This document shows, piece by piece, positions 8,528 through 17,977 of a DNA stretch of 36,261 bases. Below the pieces are notes generated by a model that had not been told where the DNA came from, did no database searches, and saw nothing but the letters and a program-made list of their open reading frames with translations. Position 1 is the stretch's first letter, and every line of letters starts with the position of its first letter. The position numbers and the translations under genes were made by a program. The DNA comes from a virus (lineage: Duplodnaviria > Caudoviricetes). The DNA lies in the IMG/VR virus record IMGVR_UViG_3300030037_000041; one strand, 5' to 3'.

Positions 8528-9088
8528 ATGAGCAAAAAAAGATTCATCCAAAGCGCATCAGCCATACTACTTTTTCAAACAGGTGAAAAACCTTGTGTTG
8601 ATAAAGCCGTTAGATATGCCGAAAAGCTATGGGAAAAGCTCACCGAAAAAGGCTATGGCGCGTCAACAAAAGAGCACCGGCCGCGCAGCAGCAGAGACTA
8701 CTACAAACTGTTAAGCGAGCATCAGCGCAAAGCCTTTAACTTGTTCTGGAACGCCTTTGGCCATAAGCATGGGCGTGATGGAGCCGCTATGCGCTTTGGG
8801 CAATTGGGCGAACTAACATCAGCCGAGTATAAAATTATTATAGAGGCAGCAAAAAAAGAATCACTTAGGCAATTGCCGTACGGGCAAAGCCGAATCATGG
8901 CTCAAGGCTGGCTAGAAGAAAAACGCTATAACGACTACACCCCAGCACAAAAATCAAAAGCCTCAAGTCAGGTCGGAAAAAGTAATCTGCGCAATGAGAT
9001 GGCCAGTTTGAACCAGCTGCAATCAGCAGCGCCTTCGCCAACTATGGCTAAACGAATTAAAGAAATTGAGCGAAAGCTTAAGGCATAG
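8528..9088 (+). CDS. Hypothetical DNA-binding protein
   Basis: FNLFWNAF...K...AQGWLEEKRYND resembles the C-terminal motif of phage replication-initiator-like proteins. Confidence 0.5.
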   Translation: MSKKRFIQSASAILLFQTGEKPCVDKAVRYAEKLWEKLTEKGYGASTKEHRPRSSRDYYKLLSEHQRKAFNLFWNAFGHKHGRDGAAMRFGQLGELTSAEYKIIIEAAKKESLRQLPYGQSRIMAQGWLEEKRYNDYTPAQKSKASSQVGKSNLRNEMASLNQLQSAAPSPTMAKRIKEIERKLKA

Positions 9089-9468
9089 TGATGGAGTTGC
9101 CTGATTACCTTTCACAAAACTCACGATATATTGCCGAAGAAATAGGCTTAGACGGCCTGATGAGGCTAGTAAAGCGCTATGGTGGATTAGTGATAAGAGT
9201 TTCAGAAAAAAGCGACTTAAAAGAAACGCTCACCGAGGGTCAATACAAACATTTCTTGCATATTTTTCGTAATGAAAAGCTATTTATTCCACGTCTACAG
9301 GCAAAGAAAAATCAACTAACAAAAGCAGAAACGCAACGTCTAGCGCAGCAAGGCATGACCAGAGCAGCTATTGCAAGAAAGCTCTGCGTGACTGAGCGTA
9401 CCGTTTATAATCGCTTGTCGTCTGATGCGGATGAAAACGACAAGCATCAAGGTGATATTTTCAAATAA
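9088..9468 (+). CDS. Mor/C family transcription activator
   Basis: LP...EIGLDGLMRLVKRYGG...LFIP plus C-terminal HTH TRAAIARKLCVTERTVY; precedes the late genes. Confidence 0.85.
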   Translation: MMELPDYLSQNSRYIAEEIGLDGLMRLVKRYGGLVIRVSEKSDLKETLTEGQYKHFLHIFRNEKLFIPRLQAKKNQLTKAETQRLAQQGMTRAAIARKLCVTERTVYNRLSSDADENDKHQGDIFK

Positions 9469-9493
9469 ACGTCAAAATGACAAGGAGCAAAAA

Positions 9494-10006
9494 ATGATGT
9501 GGTTTTATGTTTTTTTAGCATTATGGGCAGTCGCGGCAATAGCCTTTCGCATGAATAAGCAAAGCGTGGTTATCACCATTGGCGGTGGTTTTTTAGTGGG
9601 GTTATTGCTTTTTATGGTGGGTTACTTCATTAATAGTTTGATAACACCGGATGAAATTAAAAGTAAGGCAATAAAGCCCCAAGGTAACGCTGAGGCCATC
9701 CAACATATACGCAACAATTGGGGCAAGTTAACTAACTATTGCCCGGGTATAAACAAATATCAAAAAGACCTCACCTTTAAGCGTGTTGAGTTTACCGGTC
9801 TTGACCAGTGGGCAACGGCTGTATTGCGTGTAAATGACAATCCAGACAGAGAGTTAAGGCGTTATAGAGCCGCAGGCCATAACTGCTTTTTTGCTATTTC
9901 ACCCGATGGGCGTGAACTGACTATTTCGAAAAGTATGTGTGTTGCCTTATGCCTAGATAAAGAGGTGCCTTATTCAAGCGGTGCTGACTATGTTACAAAG
10001 TTTTAA
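9494..10006 (+). CDS. Membrane-anchored accessory (moron-like) protein
   Basis: AAGGAG RBS before 9494; two N-terminal TM helices and a Cys-containing soluble domain. Confidence 0.65.
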   Translation: MMWFYVFLALWAVAAIAFRMNKQSVVITIGGGFLVGLLLFMVGYFINSLITPDEIKSKAIKPQGNAEAIQHIRNNWGKLTNYCPGINKYQKDLTFKRVEFTGLDQWATAVLRVNDNPDRELRRYRAAGHNCFFAISPDGRELTISKSMCVALCLDKEVPYSSGADYVTKF

Positions 10007-10113
10007 TGAAAAAATTAATATGCAAACTAGTCGGTTATTGGCAATAACAAAATTGCCCATAGTTGCACTCGAACTCGTGACGTGCTTAACTAAAAAAAGG
10101 TAAGTAAACACAC

Positions 10114-10162
10114 ACACCCTGAACTCTTTCAGGGTGTTTTCACATGCTCATTTTGCCATCAT
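10114..10162 (+). promoter_or_regulatory. Late (lysis) promoter with Mor/C-type dyad
   Basis: ACACCCTGAA-CTCT-TTCAGGGTGT, then -10-like CATCAT at 10157; the motif recurs at about 19790. Confidence 0.7.
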
Positions 10163-10168
10163 GATTCC

Positions 10169-10690
10169 ATGAGCAAATTTAGAGCAATTACCCGCATTCA
10201 ATCCATTGTTATTCACTGTTCGGCTACGCCTAATGGTCGCCGAACAACCGTTGAAGATATTGACGACTGGCATAAAAATCGGAATTTTAAGCGTAACCCA
10301 GAGCTAGCAGGCAATCATATGCCGCACTTGGGCAGCATTGGCTATCACCATGTCATTTACGCTAATGGCGCAACGGGCAATGGCCGTCGTTATTGTGAAA
10401 CAGGCGCGCATACGCTTGATGTCAGCTACCCAAAAGGCGATGGTCGCCGCTACCAATACAACAATAATTCGATCGGTATTTGCATGGTGGGCACAGACCT
10501 ATTTAGTTTTGAGCAATGGGAAACGTTGCGCGTGTTGATTAAAGCGTTAAAAGATGAATTCCCGAGCATTACCAAAGTGATTGGCCATCGGTCAATTAAC
10601 CCAAATAAAACCTGCCCAGGGTTTAACGTTAAAACATGGTTGAGTGGCGGCATGCTCGCCCCAGCAATGCATATTTTGGAGTCGCCATGA
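10169..10690 (+). CDS. Endolysin, N-acetylmuramoyl-L-alanine amidase (Amidase_2)
   Basis: IVIHCSAT, IGYH, GAH, SIGICMVG and GHR...KTCPGF motifs. Confidence 0.93.
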   Translation: MSKFRAITRIQSIVIHCSATPNGRRTTVEDIDDWHKNRNFKRNPELAGNHMPHLGSIGYHHVIYANGATGNGRRYCETGAHTLDVSYPKGDGRRYQYNNNSIGICMVGTDLFSFEQWETLRVLIKALKDEFPSITKVIGHRSINPNKTCPGFNVKTWLSGGMLAPAMHILESP

Positions 10691-11172
10691 GGTTGGCATT
10701 TTATAAGGGTAAAAGCCTTTCTTCACGATTAATACGTCGGAAAACACGAGGCAAATATTCACATGTTGGCATTATTTTTAGCGATGGGCGAATTTTGGAA
10801 GCATGGTTTTCAACAAATTCTGTGCGTTGGATCGACAACTTGTCCGATGGGCACACCGAAGGAACAGAGGTCGATATATTCGAAATTAATGGGCAAGTTG
10901 ATGAAGCGGCGGGGCTTAAGTTTGCTTTAAAGCAAGTCGGTATGCCATATGGCCATATGAAAATCATTCGGTTTATGACCTACACCAATCGCGGCAACCC
11001 TTTTAACTGGATATGCTCTGAAATTGCTCTCGCGCTGGTTCGAACGGCAGGCGTTAGCTTGTTGGCGCGGGTAGAAGCATACAAAGTGTCGCCGTCCATG
11101 CTGTCTTGGTCTCCCTATTTAATCTTTAGCGAGACGATTACAACGACCAAAGCAGGTAAAAAAATTGGATGA
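10687..11172 (+). CDS. Permuted papain-like (YiiX/YaeF, NlpC/P60 superfamily) enzyme
   Basis: YSHVG precedes GMPY and WICSE, giving the His-before-Cys order. Confidence 0.8.
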   Translation: MRLAFYKGKSLSSRLIRRKTRGKYSHVGIIFSDGRILEAWFSTNSVRWIDNLSDGHTEGTEVDIFEINGQVDEAAGLKFALKQVGMPYGHMKIIRFMTYTNRGNPFNWICSEIALALVRTAGVSLLARVEAYKVSPSMLSWSPYLIFSETITTTKAGKKIG

Positions 11173-11395
11173 CATAGATCGCGCTAATGCGCTTGCTGAA
11201 ACACGCAGAAAGGCAGCGATCAGCAATATTGTTAACCGACCCCAATTAGCTCAGCAATGTGTTGATGGTGAAGTTGTATGCCTTGATTGCTGTGAAGAGA
11301 TCCCCTTGGATCGACTAGAAAAAACACCAACGGCGGCGCTGTGTGTGCCATGTAAAGAAAAAAGGGAATTGAAAGGTAAACAGTATGGACGTTGA
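11165..11395 (+). CDS. TraR/DksA C4 zinc-finger protein
   Basis: DDIDRA N-terminus; CLDCCEEIPLDRL...LCVPC. Confidence 0.9.
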   Translation: MDDIDRANALAETRRKAAISNIVNRPQLAQQCVDGEVVCLDCCEEIPLDRLEKTPTAALCVPCKEKRELKGKQYGR

Positions 11396-11711
11396 AAAAA
11401 TAGGTTTGGCCATTAAGGTTTTAGAGTTTGCGCTGGTTGTTTCCGGTTGTATTTATGCATGGTGGAACTCAAAAACCCGTGCAACTAAGCAAGGGTTTGA
11501 TGAGGTTAATGGGCGTGTAAATGGCCATGAAAACCGCCTTAATTTAATTAAGCAACGACTTGATAGCTCACCGAGCCATAAAGAAATAGGTGAAGTGCAT
11601 CAGCGTGTAGATCAAATAGGTCAAGCAGTCACCGGCATTCAGGGGGAAATGAAGCAAATGAACAATACATTGCAACTTATTCAGCAATCATTACTGGAAG
11701 CTAAACGATGA
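11385..11711 (+). CDS. Mu gp25-like (DUF2730) TM plus coiled-coil protein
   Basis: N-terminal TM helix, coiled coil and synteny. Confidence 0.65.
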   Translation: MDVEKIGLAIKVLEFALVVSGCIYAWWNSKTRATKQGFDEVNGRVNGHENRLNLIKQRLDSSPSHKEIGEVHQRVDQIGQAVTGIQGEMKQMNNTLQLIQQSLLEAKR

Positions 11712-12004
11712 GCTACGCGAAAATAGTATCAGAAGATATTCGACGAAGGGTTCTCGAAATCCTTGAGTCTGACCCCGATTTTTCACACAACGAAGGGATT
11801 ATCCAGCAAGCCTTGGGCTTTGTTGGCCACAACATTAGTAGTGATAAATTACGCACAGAACTGGCGTGGCTTAACGAGCAAGGGTTAATCAGCACGCAAG
11901 ATGTGTCTGGCGTGGTGATTGCGAAGCTTACCACGCGTGGTGAAGATATAGCGCTGAATCGTGGCAGTGCGCCCGGCGTTGCAAGGTCTAGGCCGCAGGG
12001 TTAA
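11708..12004 (+). CDS. Mu gp26-like winged-helix protein
   Basis: SSDKLRTELAWLNEQGLI...LTTRGEDIA...PGVAR. Confidence 0.8.
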   Translation: MSYAKIVSEDIRRRVLEILESDPDFSHNEGIIQQALGFVGHNISSDKLRTELAWLNEQGLISTQDVSGVVIAKLTTRGEDIALNRGSAPGVARSRPQG

Positions 12005-12007
12005 GTT

Positions 12008-13489
12008 GTGTCTTTAGAAACACTATCTCCCGATGCATTACTTGCTAACGTAGGCTTTTCAAGCTGCACACTTGGCGATTTAACCAGTGATCCCGATGCG
12101 GGGGATGCCAGTTGGTGTATTGCCAGCGATAACAATACGAATACAGAAGTTCGTGTTTCATTCCCCACCCCGTCCGGCGCACCTAATATTGGGGCAGCGT
12201 TACAAAATGCCAAAGCCGAAGTACGTCGAACCACCGGATCAGGTACAACTGACCCTACCGCACATCTTGAATTATGGGAAAACGGTGTGTTGGTTCGTGC
12301 TGGGTCTGATGTTGCTATTTCATCAGATGTGGCGCAGATTTTACAATTTGATTTTGATGCCAGTGAGCTCGCTAATGCAGACGGTTCTTTAGTTGAACTT
12401 CGAGTTGTTGCCACTAAATCAGGTGGTTCACCCGCAAAACGCTCTGCCGTTGATGTTGGCGGTATCGAATGGAACGCCGATGTTGCAGCAGCGGCGATAA
12501 ATTTAACCGCAGCGGATAGCGATTCAACCCCCTCTATTGATAGTGGCGCCATTACTCAAACTCACGGATTAACCGGTTCAGATGCCACCGAAACAGGCAC
12601 AACCGATAACGGTACCATCAGTCAAACTCACGGATTAAGCGGAACCGATGCCGATCAAACAGGCGAGGCAACCACAGGCGTGGCCAGCCAAACGCACGGA
12701 TTAACAGGAACCGATGCAGATGCCACACCAGCGGCCGATACGGGCGCGGTTAGCCAAACAATTTCACACAACCTGGTAGCGCAAGATGCAACATCAACCC
12801 CAACGATTGATACCGCTGGCATTGCTCAGTCTCATGCTTTATCCGGCAGTGATTCAAGCGCAACCGGCGATAATGAAGCTGCAAACATCTCACAAGCACA
12901 GCAACTATCAGGAGTGGATGCTGACAGTTCAACCAGTGCCGATACCTCGGCCATTACGCAACAACATGATGTTCTTGCTCAGGGCGCAGACGCAACACCC
13001 TTGGCGGACACTGGCCAAATCAGTCAAGGGCACGGTTTATCTGGAGCCGATGCGAGCGAAACCGGCGCTCTCGACAACGGCAATATCTCCCAAACTCATA
13101 CGCTATCTGGTAGCGATGCCGAGGCCACCGCCAGTGCTGACACCGGAATAATTATCTCGTCAGGTGCGCATGAATTAACGGCAGCTGACTTAATAGCGAC
13201 CCCGTCTATTGATGGGGCCGCTATTACTCAAACTCATACATTGACTGGAGCTGATGCCGAACAAACTGGCGAAGCAGCAGCAGGCCAAACTAGCCAAACA
13301 CACCAACTTTCAGCAACCGATGCGCAAGCAACAGCCAGTGCCGGTAGCGCTAATCTAGCAGACATTGGCATTGGCAAAATAACAAACCCCAGCATCGTCA
13401 ATATCAGCAGCTTTAAAGCGACCAAAGCCTTAAAGCAGCTTAAAGCCGTACAAAACATAGCCTCTCAACGAACCATTAAAGCAGCTTAA
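12008..13489 (+). CDS. Repeat-rich putative virion fibre or decoration protein
   Basis: About 13 tandem 22-aa repeats (ISQTHxLSGxDAxxTxxxDxGx) after a globular N-terminal domain. Confidence 0.65.
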   Translation: MSLETLSPDALLANVGFSSCTLGDLTSDPDAGDASWCIASDNNTNTEVRVSFPTPSGAPNIGAALQNAKAEVRRTTGSGTTDPTAHLELWENGVLVRAGSDVAISSDVAQILQFDFDASELANADGSLVELRVVATKSGGSPAKRSAVDVGGIEWNADVAAAAINLTAADSDSTPSIDSGAITQTHGLTGSDATETGTTDNGTISQTHGLSGTDADQTGEATTGVASQTHGLTGTDADATPAADTGAVSQTISHNLVAQDATSTPTIDTAGIAQSHALSGSDSSATGDNEAANISQAQQLSGVDADSSTSADTSAITQQHDVLAQGADATPLADTGQISQGHGLSGADASETGALDNGNISQTHTLSGSDAEATASADTGIIISSGAHELTAADLIATPSIDGAAITQTHTLTGADAEQTGEAAAGQTSQTHQLSATDAQATASAGSANLADIGIGKITNPSIVNISSFKATKALKQLKAVQNIASQRTIKAA

Positions 13490-13504
13490 AACAGGAGTTA
13501 AATC

Positions 13505-13891
13505 ATGCCTAAGTACTTCCATCCAGACGTTTTAGATAGCGGACTGAACAACATTAAAACCAATGCAGATAATCTGCATTTAATTAAAAACTACGCGGCT
13601 GCAGATAGCTATGCAACCGTTATTGGTAATAGCGTTGCTAGTGCCGCCACTGTTTCTGGTGATTACGTTCTTGGCAACCAAGGTGTTAATGGTCGCCAAT
13701 TAGCAACACCGGCTAAAGCGCCAAGTGCTTCCGCTTCATCAATAGGTGGCGATGATTTGCATATTGCCTATGTGGATAGCGTCGGTTTAAAAGTATTAGC
13801 GGTAACCGATGAGACATCGGATCAGGTGATCACATCGGGTAACGCGGTAAACATCCCGACATTAAATCTTAAAATGAATCAGCCCGTTTAA
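13505..13891 (+). CDS. Putative structural protein
   Basis: AGGAG RBS; beta-rich, similar in character to tail or collar accessory proteins. Confidence 0.55.
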   Translation: MPKYFHPDVLDSGLNNIKTNADNLHLIKNYAAADSYATVIGNSVASAATVSGDYVLGNQGVNGRQLATPAKAPSASASSIGGDDLHIAYVDSVGLKVLAVTDETSDQVITSGNAVNIPTLNLKMNQPV

Positions 13892-13898
13892 TTGATCA

Positions 13899-14198
13899 AT
13901 GCACTATATCTGGCTGGGGCGTGACAATGCGTTAGAACTGCAACTGCAAGATGCTGGCGCAGTCATTGATCACTCGGCTATCACGCGTGTGGAAGTTGAT
14001 TTGGGCGGTGGAACCGTATTGGACAGTGATACGAATGCAGCGTGGTTTGACCTAACTAAAACCGACAGACTTGTTTTTAAGTTGGGTCAGTCAAGTGTTG
14101 CAGCGGGTCAGTATCGTGCCCGACTCATTATATATACCCCAGATTATCCAAATGGCCTGATCTGGGGCGATCAACCTGAAGACATGGTATTTAACTAA
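13899..14198 (+). CDS. Small beta-sandwich putative structural protein
   Basis: GRDN.LELQL...GQYRARLIIY pattern; coupled to gp27. Confidence 0.5.
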   Translation: MHYIWLGRDNALELQLQDAGAVIDHSAITRVEVDLGGGTVLDSDTNAAWFDLTKTDRLVFKLGQSSVAAGQYRARLIIYTPDYPNGLIWGDQPEDMVFN

Positions 14199-14746
14199 TG
14201 GCCAGACAATCCTCAATAGACAAATTACCCCCCGAGTTTCGTGATGCGCTGAATGAATTGCTGCGAGACCCTCGTGTCACCCAGCTTGATGCCGCTCAAC
14301 GCGTTAATGAAATGCTTGAGCAATCGGGTGAAGACGAGCGCGTTAGCAAAAGTGCGGTAAATCGTTATGCCATTCAAATGGATAAGGTGGGCGCAAAGCT
14401 GCGCCAAAGCCGCCAAGTGGCTGAAATGTGGATCGGAAAGCTCGGTAGCGAGCCGTCCGGTCAGGTCGGACACCTGTTGAACGAGGTGGTTAGGAACCTT
14501 GCTTTTGATACTGCTATTGCGCTATCAGAAGGTGATGAGCCGGTAGAGCCGAAGCTGATTAAAGAGCTGTCTATTGCCATTGAACGGCTAGAAAAAGCCA
14601 GCTCAGAGAATGAGAAACGTGCAGCTGAAATACGCCGTAAAACGGCAGAGGAAGCGGCTGATAAAGCAAGTGAAAAAATGTCCGAGCAAGGCATGAGTGC
14701 CGAATCAATTGCAACGATTAAGCGTGACATTCTGGGTATCGCTTAA
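14198..14746 (+). CDS. Mu gp27-like terminase small subunit (DUF3486)
   Basis: MARQSSIDKLP...VSKSAVNRY. Confidence 0.88.
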   Translation: MARQSSIDKLPPEFRDALNELLRDPRVTQLDAAQRVNEMLEQSGEDERVSKSAVNRYAIQMDKVGAKLRQSRQVAEMWIGKLGSEPSGQVGHLLNEVVRNLAFDTAIALSEGDEPVEPKLIKELSIAIERLEKASSENEKRAAEIRRKTAEEAADKASEKMSEQGMSAESIATIKRDILGIA

Positions 14747-14747
14747 C

Positions 14748-16256
14748 GTGGGTATTTCAGACAGCATTTTATTGCCGTATCAAAAGGCATGGGTCGCAGA
14801 TGATTCCGAGCTAAAGATTGCTGAAAAATCACGGCGTACAGGTTTAACCTGGGCTGAAGCGGCCGATGCTGTTTTATGTGCGAGTGCAAACAAATCTGCC
14901 GGAGGATGTAATCATTTCTACGTTGGCTCTAATAAAGAGATGGCGATTGAATTTATCGATGCCTGTGCAATGTGGGCTAAAGCATTTAATAAAGCAGCCA
15001 GCGAAATAGAAGAGGGGATTTTTGAAGATGAAGATAAAGACATTCTCACCTTTACCATTCGTTTTACCTCAGGTTTTAAAATACAGGCGCTTAGTTCAAG
15101 GCCATCAAACTTGCGGGGCCGTCAAGGTAACGTAACCATTGACGAAGCGGCATTTCATGAGCACCTAGATGAAGTATTAAAAGCCGCGTTAGCATTAACC
15201 ATGTGGGGCAGCAAAGTTCGTCTTATCTCTACGCACAACGGCTACGACAACACATTCAATGAAATAATACAGGACAGTCGGGCGGGTAAAAAACGTTACT
15301 CCGTGCATCGAATCACACTGGATGATGCGTGTGAGCAAGGCCTGTACAAACGTATTTGTAAAGTGCGCGGCGTCGAGTGGTCTCAGTCATTAGAAGATCA
15401 ATGGATTAAAAATCTACTCAGTGACACGGCATCAACCGAAGATGCGTTAGAGGAATATGGTTGTGTCCCAAAACAAGGCGGCGGTGCTTACTTGTCCAGG
15501 GCATTAATTGAATCCCGTATGTATGGCGCGCCCGTTATCCGCTACAGCGCCACAGATGACTTTAACAATTGGCCAGAGCATTTACGTGAAGCTGAAATAC
15601 GTGACTGGTGTGAGCAAAACTTACTGCCTTTATTATCGAAACTAGATAAAGAATGCACCAGTGCCTATGGTGAGGATTTCGGTAGAACAGGCGATTTAAC
15701 GGTTCTAGCACCTATGCTGACAGACAAGCAACTTAGGCGAACAGTTCCGTTCTTCATTGAGCTGCGTAATATGCCATTTAAGCAACAAGAGCAGATCCTT
15801 TTTTACCTTGTAGATAGGTTGCCTCGTTTACGGGGTGGTGCTTTAGATGCACGTGGTAACGGTCAGTATTTAGCGGAGCAAGCACGTCATCGATATGGCT
15901 CATCATACGGTGAAGAAATAATGTTAAGCCAGTCCTGGTACTTGGAAAACATGCCGCGCATGAAAGCAGGTTTTGAAGATGATTTGATTCGATTGCCTCG
16001 CGACCAAGATGTTCTGAACGACTTGCGAGCCATTCAGGTTATTAAAGGCATTCCAAAAATTCCGGATGGCAAAACAGCCAGTAAATCTGGTCAACGACAT
16101 GGTGATGCGGCCGTGGCTGTTTGTTTAGCCTGGTATGCCAGTTGTTCAGATGCAGCCCCCATTGAATTCACCCCAGCACCCGATAAAGCCAGCCGTTGGG
16201 ATGTTAATCCAGACGATGACGACGATATCAGTTCAAACATAGGAGGAGCGTGGTGA
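14748..16256 (+). CDS. Terminase large subunit (Mu gp28)
   Basis: LLPYQKAW, KSRRTGLTW, IDEAAFH, GEDFGRTGD and HGDAA; probable GTG start at 14748. Confidence 0.95.
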   Translation: MGISDSILLPYQKAWVADDSELKIAEKSRRTGLTWAEAADAVLCASANKSAGGCNHFYVGSNKEMAIEFIDACAMWAKAFNKAASEIEEGIFEDEDKDILTFTIRFTSGFKIQALSSRPSNLRGRQGNVTIDEAAFHEHLDEVLKAALALTMWGSKVRLISTHNGYDNTFNEIIQDSRAGKKRYSVHRITLDDACEQGLYKRICKVRGVEWSQSLEDQWIKNLLSDTASTEDALEEYGCVPKQGGGAYLSRALIESRMYGAPVIRYSATDDFNNWPEHLREAEIRDWCEQNLLPLLSKLDKECTSAYGEDFGRTGDLTVLAPMLTDKQLRRTVPFFIELRNMPFKQQEQILFYLVDRLPRLRGGALDARGNGQYLAEQARHRYGSSYGEEIMLSQSWYLENMPRMKAGFEDDLIRLPRDQDVLNDLRAIQVIKGIPKIPDGKTASKSGQRHGDAAVAVCLAWYASCSDAAPIEFTPAPDKASRWDVNPDDDDDISSNIGGAW

Positions 16257-17827
16257 AAACACGTGAGCAATTAAGAGATTATCTAGGGCGCTCAGTTAAG
16301 CGCCGTGAATTAGATGAAGACCAAACATCACGCATTCAGGGTTTAAACCGTGAATTTGCAGAGCATCCATCGCGTGGTCTAACACCTGGTCGATTAGCGT
16401 CTATTTTATCAAATGCTGAACAAGGCAATCTGATCGAGCAATGCGATTTGTTTGAAGATATGGAAGAAAAAGATTCTCATATCTTCACTGAGCTATCTAA
16501 ACGTAAAAAGGCGTTAGTTGGGCTTGATTACCACATTAAAGCCCCACGAAATGCCAGTAAAGCAGAAGAAAAAGCAGTCGATCAGTTAGCAGAGTGGTTT
16601 GACGATATTGATGACTTTGAAGACTTATTATTGAACATGGCTGATGCAATAGGTAAAGGCTACTCAATGCACACAATCGAGTGGCAGCATGTCGGCTCGT
16701 TGCGCTTGCCGAAGTTTCACCATAAGCCACCTCGTTGGTTTACGGTGGATCCAGAAGAGCAAGACAAGCTGCTGTTGCGTACTAACGATGGCAAGAATGA
16801 GGAGCTAATCCCGTTCGGCTGGGTTAAACATGTTCACAAAGCAAAATCGGGCTATCTGGCCCGTGGTGGTTTGCACAGGGTTTTAGCGTGGCCCTTCTTG
16901 TTTAAGAATTACTCAGTGCGTGATTTGGCTGAGTTTTTAGAGATTTACGGCATACCGGCAAGGCTGGGAACCTACCCACGTGGCGCAACACCTAATGAAA
17001 AAATGACACTGTTACGCGCAGTGACAAGTATTGGCCACAATGCCGCTGGGATTATCCCAGAAGGCATGATGATGGAATTCAAAGAAGCCGCCAAAGGCTC
17101 CGGCGAAGCGTTTAAGATCATGATGGACTGGTGCGAAGAGTCGGTATCAAAAGCGGTGCTCGGTGGCACATTAACCACTACGGCGCAATCAACCGGCTTG
17201 GGGTCAGGTCTCGGTGATATCCATAACGAAGTACGTCATGACATCTTAACCAGCGATGCCCTGCAAGTTGCTAGCACGTTAACACGCGATGTGGTCTGGC
17301 CCATGTGCGCATTGAATTTGAACGGCATTGATCCACGTCGGGTGCCTAAGGTTGTTTTTGAAACCGAAGAAGCTGAAGATATTGTAATGATGTCGGAAGC
17401 GCTGCCAAAGCTAGTTGGAATTGGAATGCGGATTCAATCAAAGTGGGCGCATAAGAAAATGCAGATCCCCGAAGCTGAAGAAGGCGAGGAAGTTTTATCG
17501 GTGACGCCCGTTAACCTTGCCCCACCCGTGCCAACAAAATTAGCGGCGGCAAAAGCAACGGTAGGCAATGGTGAGGCATTGGATGAAATTGATCAATTTA
17601 ACCAGCAGCTATTAAAAGAGGGCCAGCCGATTATCGATAACATGATCGATACCGTGAAGCGTTTGCTCGATGACTCCATTGAACAAGGCCACGATATGCA
17701 ACAGTTTCAAAACAGGCTGCTAAGCGTTTATGGCGATATGGATTCAGACGAATTAGCCAGCGTGATGCAACTCGGTTTAGCAGCGGCAGATTTGGCGGGT
17801 CGGTTTGATGTTAATCAGCAAAATTAA
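16250..17827 (+). CDS. Portal protein (Mu gp29, DUF935)
   Basis: HPSRGLTP, FEDMEEKD, FLEIYGIP and SKAVLGGTLT. Confidence 0.95.
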   Translation: MVKTREQLRDYLGRSVKRRELDEDQTSRIQGLNREFAEHPSRGLTPGRLASILSNAEQGNLIEQCDLFEDMEEKDSHIFTELSKRKKALVGLDYHIKAPRNASKAEEKAVDQLAEWFDDIDDFEDLLLNMADAIGKGYSMHTIEWQHVGSLRLPKFHHKPPRWFTVDPEEQDKLLLRTNDGKNEELIPFGWVKHVHKAKSGYLARGGLHRVLAWPFLFKNYSVRDLAEFLEIYGIPARLGTYPRGATPNEKMTLLRAVTSIGHNAAGIIPEGMMMEFKEAAKGSGEAFKIMMDWCEESVSKAVLGGTLTTTAQSTGLGSGLGDIHNEVRHDILTSDALQVASTLTRDVVWPMCALNLNGIDPRRVPKVVFETEEAEDIVMMSEALPKLVGIGMRIQSKWAHKKMQIPEAEEGEEVLSVTPVNLAPPVPTKLAAAKATVGNGEALDEIDQFNQQLLKEGQPIIDNMIDTVKRLLDDSIEQGHDMQQFQNRLLSVYGDMDSDELASVMQLGLAAADLAGRFDVNQQN

Positions 17828-17977
17828 AAAGCGCGTGAGCGCGCGTTTAAGCGACGATAATAAAAAACTGCTATCAACGTACGTGTTTTTTAAGAACGCA
17901 AAATTTAAACGGGAGTTAAATGGGTCGTCGTCGATGTTTAAAAGCTGCTCACCCCTCAATTTGCAGGTTTCAGCCTA
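17828..17977. other. Candidate strong gyrase site (SGS)-like element
   Basis: 150-bp non-coding gap near the genome centre, with GCGCGTTTAA and roughly 10-11 bp phased TTTAAACGGG/GTTAAATGGG. Confidence 0.4.

Noticed and set aside
12001-12552. 183-aa minus-strand ORF and the other minus-strand ORFs in the track
   Set aside because: They are antisense shadows of well-supported + strand genes, with no recognisable motifs
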